A stretch of 64,000 nucleotides of DNA from an uncultured Spirochaetota bacterium (GTDB lineage Bacteria > Spirochaetota > UBA4802 > UBA5550), in NCBI GenBank assembly GCA_963827275.1, contig CAWHAA010000006.1:64001-128000 (forward strand). The letters are read 5' to 3'. Under the pieces are notes generated by a model. It was not told where the DNA came from. It saw nothing but the letters and a program-made list of their open reading frames with translations, and made no database searches. Of the stretch, positions 55,159-64,000 are shown piece after piece. Each line of letters begins with the position of its first letter. Positions within the stretch are counted from its first letter, which is position 1. Made by a program: the position numbers and the translations under genes.

Positions 55159-56232
55159 ATGAAGAGGATCCTATCGGTCCTGATGGTAACGGCCGTCACC
55201 CTTGTTGGCTGTTCCTTCTGGAAATCAACCACACTCGGTTCAAAGAGGTTTGCTTTCATACCGAACGGCTCCGGGATCGGGCAGGCGGTGGTCACCACCG
55301 ACGAGTACGGTCTTGAGAACCTGTCGATCGGGGTCAGCGTTCTCAGCGGCCTGATCTGCGTAACGGACGATGAACTGCGGCGCGTACAGGTCATGAAACC
55401 GAACGGCGATGTGAAGCTGATCATCGGGCCGGTCAAGAAGATGAAAACCGGGGACATCCCGGCGGAGAATTTCAACTTCGGCAGCCTGGGGTTCGTCGCG
55501 ATGGATGATGACGACAACCTGTATATACAGAATAAATTCTCCCGGATACGGGACAACGAAAAGGACAGGTCGGGCGGCGGGAACAGCATCGATTTCGCGC
55601 CATCCTATATCGTCGTATTCAACAAGGACGGCGAATTGCAATATACGCTCGGTCAGAAGGGAGCGACGGACACGCCGTTTTCGCATATCGAGCGCATCTA
55701 TATCGATTCAAGCGACAGGCTGTTCGTCATATCGCGGTCGACCGATTCATGGAGCATCTTCCGCTTCAAGGGCAAAACGCGGGAGCGCCTGATAACCCTG
55801 AACACGCTGGAATTCAAGGAACGGGACGAGGAGAATGTTTTTGAAGGGAAAATCGACAATATCAGGGCGTTCTCCGACGGAGAGCGCCTCCTCATATCGG
55901 TTTCATTTTACCAGGGTCTGCGTCTCAAATATATCAAGATATTCGAATATTCGATCGATCAGGGCAAGGTCGATAAAACCATTATGGAGATTCCTGACCC
56001 CAAGAACGTCCTGCTCGATATAATGGACGATAAATACATCTACCTGTGGAACGTGAGCGACGGGAACGTCAAGTTCGAAGTGGCCAACCTTGACGGGACG
56101 GTGGTCAACAACGTGTACCTGGAGATGGAGCGCAAGCGCGACTATTACGCGAAGATCATCCTTGACAATTCGGGGAAGATCTATTCCTACCATATTATGA
56201 AAGGCGGCGTCGAAATTCTAAAATGGGAGTAG
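55159..56232 (+). CDS. Lipoprotein with NHL/beta-propeller-like repeats (resembles Leptospira LIC12708-type proteins, from recollection)
   Basis: LVGC lipobox; YTLGQKG...FSHIERIYID; TTGAAA-N17-TCTAAT promoter at 55038-55066. Confidence 0.65.
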   Translation: MKRILSVLMVTAVTLVGCSFWKSTTLGSKRFAFIPNGSGIGQAVVTTDEYGLENLSIGVSVLSGLICVTDDELRRVQVMKPNGDVKLIIGPVKKMKTGDIPAENFNFGSLGFVAMDDDDNLYIQNKFSRIRDNEKDRSGGGNSIDFAPSYIVVFNKDGELQYTLGQKGATDTPFSHIERIYIDSSDRLFVISRSTDSWSIFRFKGKTRERLITLNTLEFKERDEENVFEGKIDNIRAFSDGERLLISVSFYQGLRLKYIKIFEYSIDQGKVDKTIMEIPDPKNVLLDIMDDKYIYLWNVSDGNVKFEVANLDGTVVNNVYLEMERKRDYYAKIILDNSGKIYSYHIMKGGVEILKWE

Positions 56233-56236
56233 GCGC

Positions 56237-57790
56237 ATGAAGGCCGTAACCGCACTCGAGATGCAGGAGATTGACCGTATCGCAATCCGGGAGCGGGGGA
56301 TGCCCGCCGCGGTGCTCATGGGGCTCGCGGGAAAGGCGGTCGCCGACCGTATCGTTGAACGGTGCCCGTGGGCCGGGAGCGCAGCGGTATTCGCCGGCAC
56401 GGGCAACAACGGCGGCGACGGCTTCGTCGCCGCGTATTATCTCGCCAACGCAGGCATCCGGGCCGACGTCTTTCTCGCGGGGACCGCGGATAAAATCAGT
56501 GAAACAGCGCGCACGTACCATGACCTCTGTAAAAATTCCGGCATCACCATAACCGGCATGGCGGACGCCGGCGATATTGACCTCGACCGGTACGACTGCG
56601 TCGTGGACGCGCTCCTGGGAACGGGCTCCTCCGGTCAGGCGCGCGGAGCGGCGGCCGGTGCGATACGGCTGATCAATGATTCAGACGCCTATGTCGTTTC
56701 CGTGGATATCCCCAGCGGCCTCGGCTCCGACGGCGCCGCGCCCGAGGGGGAGGCGGTGGTGGCAGACATGACGGTGACCATCGGCCTGCCGAAACTCTCG
56801 CTCGTGACCTACCCCGGCAAGGAATTTGCCGGCGACCTGCATGTCGCGGATATCGGCTTCCCCCGGGCCCTGACGGAATCCGCGTCGCTCGCCAACGAGC
56901 TCATCGATGATGACTTCTTCGCGTGGCATTCGATCAGGGAGATCGAGTCTGACTACCGGTCGCGCCCGGACACCCATAAGGGGGAGCGGGGACATCTTCT
57001 CATCATAGGCGGCTTTGACGGTATGGAAGGGGCGGCGCTCCTTGCGGCCGGCGCCGCGTTTGAAACCGGCGTCGGGCTGGCGACGCTCATGACGACGGAC
57101 AGCGCGCGGGCGGTTGTCGCGGGTAAAATTCCGGAATTAATGACCCTCTCCCTGCCATGGACGGATGGAACGGGTAAGGACGGGCCCGCAGACGCGCTGG
57201 ACGCACTGCTGGGATCAGGCAACTACGACGCCCTCGTGATCGGGCCGGGGATGGGGCGCACCGTGCCGGCCCGTGCAGTGTTTGAGGCGGCGATCACTTC
57301 GGCCGGCAGACATGGAATCAGGCGGGTCCTGATAGACGGCGACGGGCTCTTTCATCTTGCCGCATGCCTTGAAGGAGGCGGCGCAGTAACCGGTGCCGAT
57401 ATGGTTGTGACCCCGCATTTCATGGAGGCCTCGCGGCTTCTGGGTGTCCCGGTGGACGAGATCAGGAAAAACCGCCTCCACGCTGCGGGAAGCCTGGCCG
57501 GGCGGCTTGGCTGCGCGGCGCTGCTGAAAGGGCCCGCAACCATCGTCTCGGACGCAGCGCGCAGTTTCATCAATACGACCGGGAGCGCTTCGCTGGCCGC
57601 CGCGGGGTCCGGGGACGTGCTCTCGGGGATCATCGGGGCCCTGCTGCTCCGGCGCTTCACACCGCTTGTCGCGGCATCATACGGCGCGCATATTCACGGG
57701 AGGGCGGCAGACCTCTGCCGCGCAGAGCGCGACACAGACCTTCTCAGGTCATCGGACCTGCTCCCGTACATTAGCCGGGCAATGCAATAA
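56237..57790 (+). CDS. nnr: Bifunctional NAD(P)HX epimerase/dehydratase
   Basis: GNNGGDG, DALLGTG, VDIPSG, HKG.RG, TPH..EA, GSGDVLSG. Confidence 0.95.
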   Translation: MKAVTALEMQEIDRIAIRERGMPAAVLMGLAGKAVADRIVERCPWAGSAAVFAGTGNNGGDGFVAAYYLANAGIRADVFLAGTADKISETARTYHDLCKNSGITITGMADAGDIDLDRYDCVVDALLGTGSSGQARGAAAGAIRLINDSDAYVVSVDIPSGLGSDGAAPEGEAVVADMTVTIGLPKLSLVTYPGKEFAGDLHVADIGFPRALTESASLANELIDDDFFAWHSIREIESDYRSRPDTHKGERGHLLIIGGFDGMEGAALLAAGAAFETGVGLATLMTTDSARAVVAGKIPELMTLSLPWTDGTGKDGPADALDALLGSGNYDALVIGPGMGRTVPARAVFEAAITSAGRHGIRRVLIDGDGLFHLAACLEGGGAVTGADMVVTPHFMEASRLLGVPVDEIRKNRLHAAGSLAGRLGCAALLKGPATIVSDAARSFINTTGSASLAAAGSGDVLSGIIGALLLRRFTPLVAASYGAHIHGRAADLCRAERDTDLLRSSDLLPYISRAMQ

Positions 57791-57889
57791 AGAGCCGCGC
57801 GCACGGATTTTAAAAAAAATAAGTGGACATCGAAATATCAGGTTGTATTCCTTGTCAGGTTTCCTGATTCACAAGGACGAGAGTGTACC

Positions 57890-58285
57890 ATGAAAAAACC
57901 TGAAACATCATTCCTGCCGCCCTGTGCCGACTGCGGCGGAAGCTGCTGCCGCTATGTCGCCATCGAGATCGACAGGCCCACAACGAAGACCGATTACGAC
58001 AATATCAGGTGGTGGCTGCTCCATAAAGACGTGCACGTGTTCGTTGACCACGACAGGAAATGGCATGTCGAGTTCAGGGGCGTATGCGAAAACCTCGGCC
58101 CGAAAAACGAATGCCTGATGTACCACCACCGCCCCGAGATATGCCGCAATCACGGCAACATCGAGGAGGAGTGCGAATATTTTGATTCTCCCTATCTGCT
58201 CTATTTTTCATCGCTGAAGGAATTCGAGAAGTACCTCAACACGAAAAAGATCGACTGGCGATTCAAACACCACGTGAAGAAGTGA
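57890..58285 (+). CDS. YkgJ-family cysteine-cluster protein
   Basis: CADCGGSCC...C..L....C..Y..RP.IC. Confidence 0.88.
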   Translation: MKKPETSFLPPCADCGGSCCRYVAIEIDRPTTKTDYDNIRWWLLHKDVHVFVDHDRKWHVEFRGVCENLGPKNECLMYHHRPEICRNHGNIEEECEYFDSPYLLYFSSLKEFEKYLNTKKIDWRFKHHVKK

Positions 58286-58461
58286 CGCAGCAGGGAGACG
58301 TCCCGTTCCGTTAATCCAATTTTTTGCTTGCAATTTACCTCGTGACATGCAATGGATAAATCATGATGCCCCCGTCCTCTCGCGGGGGCAGGTATGGCTC
58401 CGTGGTTCAAGCCGGCGCGTGCTTGTCATCGCCCGGTATCCGGCATAGTGGGGGACAATGT

Positions 58462-59808
58462 ATGAAACGTTTAGCGCTGTCGATTATCATCATGGTCTTT
58501 GCATCGCCCTTCGGTTCATCCGCATTCGCTGACCCGTTCTCGCCTGACGGGGATTATCGCACCCCGAAAGAACAAAAGCAGGAGTACAACCACGTACTCG
58601 CCATCGGCATCGACAATCCGTTCAGCAAGGGCACCAACGAATGGTCGCCGCTGTTCGCCTATTACTGGTTCGGCGATAATTTCAAGAACCCGGACCTGTA
58701 CGCGCATGTAAGCGTCACCACCACCAGGATTACGGCCATCTTCGGGGCGAAGACCGACAGGATCTATGCCGGGATCAAACCGATTATCGAACACTCCACC
58801 TACTCATCATGGCGGTCCTATAACCGCGGGTATGAAGACGTCCGCCGCGCCATCGGCGGGAACAATGTCGGCGTGGGCGCGTTCTTCCAGTATAACTTTC
58901 TCCGCATATTGTCGGCCAGGGTGTTTTTCCATCCCTCCTATCACTTTTACCATTTCCCGATGCTGACCGAGAACCTCCACAAGTACGTGAATGTGCCGAA
59001 AAGGCACTGGCAGCTGAAACCGGGCATTGAAATCATACTTTCCGACCTCCAGGAGAAGGACCTGAACCGCGTGAGGCACGGGTACCTGTTCCGCGCGGAA
59101 TACAACTACGCGCGGAGAGTGGGGTACGGGACCTGGTACGATTATGACCGGGTCTTCTTCCGGGAGAAGTATAACAATATCTGGCTGCCACCCATTGAGC
59201 CCCATACCACGCAGGGCGTCTGGTACCGGTCGAGGGTCAAGGACACCCACCGGGTCTATTTCAACGCGGGGCTCTATTACAACTTCAAGGGCGATTACAA
59301 TCTCCAGTTCGATTTTTACGGCGGCTATTTCAAGAACGTCGACCGGAACAACGCGGAGCATATCGGCTACCTGCAGCAGGACCACGCGGTCATGCCGGGT
59401 TATTTCGACACGGAATTCTATCACAATCTCTACCTGATCGGCCGCCTCCAGCTCGGCATCCCGATCCCCTTCTGGGGCATGAGGATACAGCCGGGGTTCA
59501 ACCTTCTCTACATGCCGAAAAAGAACGAGGTCATCGGCCAGCGCGAGGGCGTGATCGCGTTCGGTACCGGCGCTCTTATAGGCTACCAGAGGCTGGGATA
59601 CCGGGGGTATCCGCGGACGCTCTATTCCAGCGTTTCGTGCGGGTTCTCGCTCCTTGTCGGCAACCTGTTGCCGCTTTTCATCGACTATGCCTACGGCATA
59701 GACGCGCTTCGTACGGGGTCGTCTCATAACGTGTATTTAAACCGGACCACCCGGGGCAGCCATGAGCTCCAGGTGCTCGTCGTTGCCGCGTTCGACAAGA
59801 ACGAATAG
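58462..59808 (+). CDS. Secreted hypothetical protein, probable outer-membrane beta-barrel
   Basis: AFA signal-peptide cleavage site; Tyr/Phe/Gly-rich strands; C-terminal VLVVAAF. Confidence 0.65.
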   Translation: MKRLALSIIIMVFASPFGSSAFADPFSPDGDYRTPKEQKQEYNHVLAIGIDNPFSKGTNEWSPLFAYYWFGDNFKNPDLYAHVSVTTTRITAIFGAKTDRIYAGIKPIIEHSTYSSWRSYNRGYEDVRRAIGGNNVGVGAFFQYNFLRILSARVFFHPSYHFYHFPMLTENLHKYVNVPKRHWQLKPGIEIILSDLQEKDLNRVRHGYLFRAEYNYARRVGYGTWYDYDRVFFREKYNNIWLPPIEPHTTQGVWYRSRVKDTHRVYFNAGLYYNFKGDYNLQFDFYGGYFKNVDRNNAEHIGYLQQDHAVMPGYFDTEFYHNLYLIGRLQLGIPIPFWGMRIQPGFNLLYMPKKNEVIGQREGVIAFGTGALIGYQRLGYRGYPRTLYSSVSCGFSLLVGNLLPLFIDYAYGIDALRTGSSHNVYLNRTTRGSHELQVLVVAAFDKNE

Positions 59809-59887
59809 ACCGCGGAATGCCGCCTGTTTCAGGCAATTCCGGCGTATAAATGTAAAGATAATCGACTGAAATACCGATTTCTTTACT

Positions 59888-60991
59888 ATGAAAAAGTATA
59901 TCCTTATCGCCGCTATTGTTCTGCTCTGCGCGGCAGGGTCGGTTTTTCTTTACGACGTTTTTGCATCATCTGCGGATGAAAACGACCCTGTCAGGCTTGA
60001 GGACGCGATCATAATACACGGGATAGAGATGGACTCGGATGTCCCGCCGTCTGACAGCGATGAAGATGAAGAAGAGGCGGCAGACGATGAAGTCACGGGA
60101 AAGATCATATACAATGACGCCTTTGACGACGCCGTTATCGAGTATGGGAAAAGAGGGCAGAGCGCGGGCGGCGAACGGGTCTCTGGCCTCGGTAACGGGG
60201 GCTTTGAGCGCCTCAAGCAGAAAGACCGGCGGTGGCACCTGAACCGGTACCGAATAAAGAAGAACGACAACCTCTGGAAGATAGCAAAGCGTTTTAACGT
60301 CCATCCCCACATTATAATAGGCATCAATGAACTTAACGACCCCGATATGCTGAAGCCGGGGCGGACGATACAGGTGCCGACACGAAAAGGGATTTTCTAC
60401 GAGGTCAAAAAAGGCGACAATGTTTCAAAGATCGCCAAACGATACAACATGAAGGGAAGGATCATTATCTCTCACAACCGACTCACACGCGGGGTTATAC
60501 GGCCGGGGCAGAGGATATTCCTGCCGGACGCGAAGGAGCCGGCCGTGCAACGGCAGGTCGCATCCGTTAAGAAGGGTGGCCGGCAGGGAATGATCGCCTC
60601 GCTGAAGGGATTCATCTGGCCGCTTCGCGGAAGAATTACGTCGGGATTCGGCACCCGTAAAGACCCGCTGAACGGAAAGCGTCAGTTCCATTGCGGCATA
60701 GATATCAGCGCAAATGTCGGCATGAAGGTGCGCGCCGCCGCTGACGGCAGGGTGATATTCAGCGGGTGGAAGACCGGGTACGGGAATGTCGTCATCGTGC
60801 GTCATGACGGCGGATACATAACGGTGTACGCGCACAACAGCAAGAACCTCGTTTCCGGGGATACCCGCGTCAAGCGCGGGGAGGATATCGCGCGATCGGG
60901 CATGACCGGCGCGGTGACCGGCGCGCACCTGCATTTTGAGATACGCAAATATGTCACTCCCCTTAACCCGCTGAGGTTGTTATCGAAATGA
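59888..60991 (+). CDS. LysM x2 plus M23 metallopeptidase
   Basis: KKNDNLWKIA, KKGDNVSKIA; HCGID, YAH, HLHFE. Confidence 0.95.
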   Translation: MKKYILIAAIVLLCAAGSVFLYDVFASSADENDPVRLEDAIIIHGIEMDSDVPPSDSDEDEEEAADDEVTGKIIYNDAFDDAVIEYGKRGQSAGGERVSGLGNGGFERLKQKDRRWHLNRYRIKKNDNLWKIAKRFNVHPHIIIGINELNDPDMLKPGRTIQVPTRKGIFYEVKKGDNVSKIAKRYNMKGRIIISHNRLTRGVIRPGQRIFLPDAKEPAVQRQVASVKKGGRQGMIASLKGFIWPLRGRITSGFGTRKDPLNGKRQFHCGIDISANVGMKVRAAADGRVIFSGWKTGYGNVVIVRHDGGYITVYAHNSKNLVSGDTRVKRGEDIARSGMTGAVTGAHLHFEIRKYVTPLNPLRLLSK

Positions 60992-62046
60992 AACAGTCAC
61001 TGGTTGCCATCGGCCTGCTCTGCGTCCTCTGCGCCCCCGCGCGCGCCAATATGATAATGGAAAAGGGCGCGGAGAAAATGAAGGTCTTCTATACCATGAC
61101 CGACCGCGAGGGGTGGTACGCTGTGCTGAAAGGAAAGATCATATCATATTCCTCGAAGGACGAATTTGATGCCACGGACCTTTTCGGGAGGGCGCAGGAC
61201 AAGAGCAAGGCGACGGTCCGCCTCTACAGCGCCGAGGGAATCCACGAGGGCGACACCCTGTACGTAATCAATGATAAAAACCTGATCGTCGCGAAGATGA
61301 AGGTCCGCACGATATTCAAAAGCGCTTCTTTCGGGGATGTCCTGGTAGGGTATGGCAATTTCAGGCTCAGCTCGGTGGGCGACCGCGTGATCCGCAGGGC
61401 GGAAGAGGAGGATGCCAGATATTCCTATATCTTCAAGGCCCGTGGCGATTACTATGACAGCACCGGGCGCCAGGGTGAGGCGATCCGGGAATACAAAACA
61501 TCGCTGAAGATGGACAAGAACAACCCCGCAGCGCACCTCGCGCTGGGGATGGTATACATGAAGCAGGGCCTTGAGCAGTTTGCCCTGCGGGAGCTGCAGG
61601 AGGGGTACCGTGACATTAATTTCCTTTATGACAACGAGGACAAATTCCTGCTGCTCAGGAGCATCGCCGAGATCCGCTACAGGGAGGTATATGAATCCTT
61701 CGTGCCCGTGAAGATGAGGGACCAGTACCGCCGCGAGGGGATCCGGGTATGCAAAGAGGCCCTCGCCATCTACCCGAAATCAGAGCTGATGAACTACTAT
61801 CTCGGGGTCTTTCACTACAGGGCCGCTGATCCCGACGATACGGCCGCTCGGGACTATCTCCTCAAGGTGCTGGACATCAACCCGCAGCATCCCGGCGCCT
61901 GCGTGGCGCTCGCGGAATTGTATTACCGGCATGAAAACATGGCGAAAGCGCGGAGCTACGCGGAGCGGGCCCTCGATGCCGACCGTTCAAACCGCCGCGC
62001 CCGTGATATCATAAAGTATATCGAATCAAAAACCAGGGTCGATTGA
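60988..62046 (+). CDS. Secreted TPR-repeat protein
   Basis: Signal peptide; AHLALG..Y, YYLG, LAELYY TPR motifs; ATGA overlap with the upstream gene. Confidence 0.85.
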   Translation: MKQSLVAIGLLCVLCAPARANMIMEKGAEKMKVFYTMTDREGWYAVLKGKIISYSSKDEFDATDLFGRAQDKSKATVRLYSAEGIHEGDTLYVINDKNLIVAKMKVRTIFKSASFGDVLVGYGNFRLSSVGDRVIRRAEEEDARYSYIFKARGDYYDSTGRQGEAIREYKTSLKMDKNNPAAHLALGMVYMKQGLEQFALRELQEGYRDINFLYDNEDKFLLLRSIAEIRYREVYESFVPVKMRDQYRREGIRVCKEALAIYPKSELMNYYLGVFHYRAADPDDTAARDYLLKVLDINPQHPGACVALAELYYRHENMAKARSYAERALDADRSNRRARDIIKYIESKTRVD

Positions 62047-62190
62047 ACCCTTCCGGTACCGAATAAGGATTGCAACAGACTGATGGCGCCCTGCGGCGCC
62101 ATTTTCATGCTCCCGGCGCACCATCCGTGCTTAATCTTCTTGACATTTCCAGGCAGTGGTTTTAAATATTTTTCGGGGTATCCTTTTTCT

Positions 62191-62649
62191 ATGTTAATTT
62201 ACACCTTATTTTTCTGCCTGCTGACGTCTTTCACGCTCCATGCCGTCATCATTGCCCTTTTTATCAAGAACAAGAAGCCATTATACTTTTTCTGGTTTAT
62301 CGCCACGGTGTTCCTCAATATGGGGATCGCACTTGCGCTGATCACGATATCGCTGACGCGGCCTGACCTGGTCCGGCAGCTGAATCTGAAATTCTTCTTC
62401 TGGCTGCTGTCGGGATTTATCACGCTGCTGCTGCTGTGCGTAAAAATCTTCATATTCAGAAGCATATATAAGCGGAGCAGGGACCCGAAATGGTATCATT
62501 TCAACCACTTCGGCAAAAAGGTATTTGAAAAGGGGATCGTCAGGCAGAGCGAATTCATAGGGATTTTCGGATCGCTGCCGTTTTTTCTTTTTATCGGCGC
62601 TTATTTTGTATCGCGCCTGCTCAATATGATGCTCTATGGCCGCATGTGA
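62191..62649 (+). CDS. Hypothetical membrane protein (about 4 TM)
   Basis: Hydrophobic helices; YHFNHFGKKV loop. Confidence 0.7.
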   Translation: MLIYTLFFCLLTSFTLHAVIIALFIKNKKPLYFFWFIATVFLNMGIALALITISLTRPDLVRQLNLKFFFWLLSGFITLLLLCVKIFIFRSIYKRSRDPKWYHFNHFGKKVFEKGIVRQSEFIGIFGSLPFFLFIGAYFVSRLLNMMLYGRM

Positions 62650-62727
62650 CCGGGCGCGTGCCGGTCAGCATGCTCGGGGCGCCGTCGTGACGGGGCGCAA
62701 CAAGATTGTAATACGGGGAGTGAGGCA

Positions 62728-63141
62728 GTGAAGGTACGGATTGAAGACATCATCGTTAACTACCGGATACGCAACGAGATCGGCGATATTGCTGACCTCA
62801 TGGAATCCATCAGCAAATACGGACTGCTGAATCCTATCACTATTACTGAATCCAGGGAGCTTCTTGCCGGGTTCAGGAGGCTCGAGGCCTGCAAGGCGCT
62901 CGGCATGTCGGAGGTGGAATGCCGCGTCGTCCCGGCACTTACCGACATCGATAAATTGCTCATCGAGGCGGACGAGAACCTGACCCGGAAGGAGCTCACC
63001 GTGACGGAGGTCGGCCGCTATGAAAATGAGAAGCGCTACCTCCAGGCGCACGGGCTTGAAAAAGCGCGGCTCTGGGTCATCCGGCTGTTCAGGAGGATCG
63101 CCGAATGGTTCAGGAAGTACGTTCTCCGGCGCCCTGTCTGA
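62728..63141 (+). CDS. Stand-alone ParB/Srx N-terminal domain protein
   Basis: SI...GLLNPI, LLAGFRRLEA, EN..R; GTG start. Confidence 0.85.
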   Translation: MKVRIEDIIVNYRIRNEIGDIADLMESISKYGLLNPITITESRELLAGFRRLEACKALGMSEVECRVVPALTDIDKLLIEADENLTRKELTVTEVGRYENEKRYLQAHGLEKARLWVIRLFRRIAEWFRKYVLRRPV

Positions 63142-64000
63142 CCTGCCGCCGGGCGAACCGCGATATGACTTCGATATGGTGGGTGCAGGGAAACATGTCG
63201 ATCAGGGACATCCTGTCAAGCCGGTAGCCTCCCATAATGAAATCCTTCGCATCGCGGGCAAAGGTGGACGGATTGCAGGAGACGTACACAATCGCGTCCG
63301 GTTCCATGGCCAGGATCGTGCTTCGCGTTTTCCTGTCGATGCCGGCCCGGGGAGGGTCGATCACGACCAGACCGGGCCGCATGCGGCCCGGATGGATGCG
63401 TGCGGAAGGCATCGCCTGGAACCGCACATTTTCAATACTATTATCAATCGCGTTCTGCCGTGCCCACCTGATGCTCTCGCTGTTGATGTCGATCCCGAAG
63501 CCGTTCCCTGATGTTCCGGCCAGCGCGAGGGTGAAAAATCCCACGCCGCACCCGATGTCAATGAATGACCCGGCCCGGTCGATGCCGGCGTACTCCTTTA
63601 CGATCTCCATCATCCGTCCGCGGAGGATCCGGTTGGCCTGGAAGAACTGCTGTATCCCCCGCATGAACGTGAGCCCCCCGGCGGTGTCCCTCACCACCGG
63701 CCCGGGTTCCCGCGAGCTGATGACGCGTCCGGTCGAATCAGCCGCAATCCGGAATCCGCCGGGGGCCTGCTGATTGTCGTCAATCCACCTGTTCAATTCA
63801 GGGGCCAGGAGGAGGCAGCCGTGGCCGTGAAGCGGGATCAGCTCGTTCGATCCTTTCCGGTAAAAGCCCTGGCCGTCGCTGCCGGCCTTCAGCGTGGCAT
63901 GGCTCCGGTAATTGAACCGGTCGCCGGCGGCAATGGCGATCTCCGGCAGTTCAGCCGCATCCATCCCGGCCATTCTCGCCATGCAGTCAAGAAGTATGAT
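63110..64000 (-). CDS. RNA uracil-C5 methyltransferase (RlmD/TrmA family), 5'-truncated by the window edge
   Basis: FFQAN, D.GCGVG, DPPRAG, YVSCNP, DMFP.T.H.E. Confidence 0.9.
   Translation of the reverse strand: MILLDCMARMAGMDAAELPEIAIAAGDRFNYRSHATLKAGSDGQGFYRKGSNELIPLHGHGCLLLAPELNRWIDDNQQAPGGFRIAADSTGRVISSREPGPVVRDTAGGLTFMRGIQQFFQANRILRGRMMEIVKEYAGIDRAGSFIDIGCGVGFFTLALAGTSGNGFGIDINSESIRWARQNAIDNSIENVRFQAMPSARIHPGRMRPGLVVIDPPRAGIDRKTRSTILAMEPDAIVYVSCNPSTFARDAKDFIMGGYRLDRMSLIDMFPCTHHIEVISRFARRQVRQGAGERTS

Noticed and set aside
1..64000. tRNA, rRNA, prophage or integrase genes
   Set aside because: No cloverleaf or rRNA signatures and no phage structural or integrase motifs were recognised by eye; tRNAscan and Infernal were not run.

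Overview
Bacterial chromosomal window, mostly GC-rich with AT-rich patches, from an anaerobe or microaerophile. The lipoboxes and several Leptospira-like hypothetical proteins suggest Spirochaetota (inference). It starts with an AT-rich tandem array of ankyrin-repeat lipoproteins, the third split by an IS481-family element. Next come a hybrid sensor kinase, a TetR-controlled GMC-oxidoreductase/ferredoxin pair, and a two-subunit heme-copper enzyme that lacks the helix-VI His/Tyr and the CuA cysteines (gNOR-like NO reductase candidate) behind an FNR/DNR-type box. These are followed by a multiply frameshifted RND pump, an ECF sigma module, a large pseudokinase-STAND-TPR-GAF-AraC regulator and sulfur/cysteine genes. 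A HesB-like selenoprotein gene with an in-frame TGA, missed by the ORF track, sits beside a large oxidative/nitrosative stress island (rbr, ftn, dfx, cydAB, rubredoxin, perR, fprA, bcp, ogg). The window ends in housekeeping genes (pepA, rnr, acyl-CoA dehydrogenase, nnr, M23 peptidase, rlmD-like). Scattered single-base indels suggest residual sequencing or assembly errors. No rRNA, tRNA or CRISPR array was seen.
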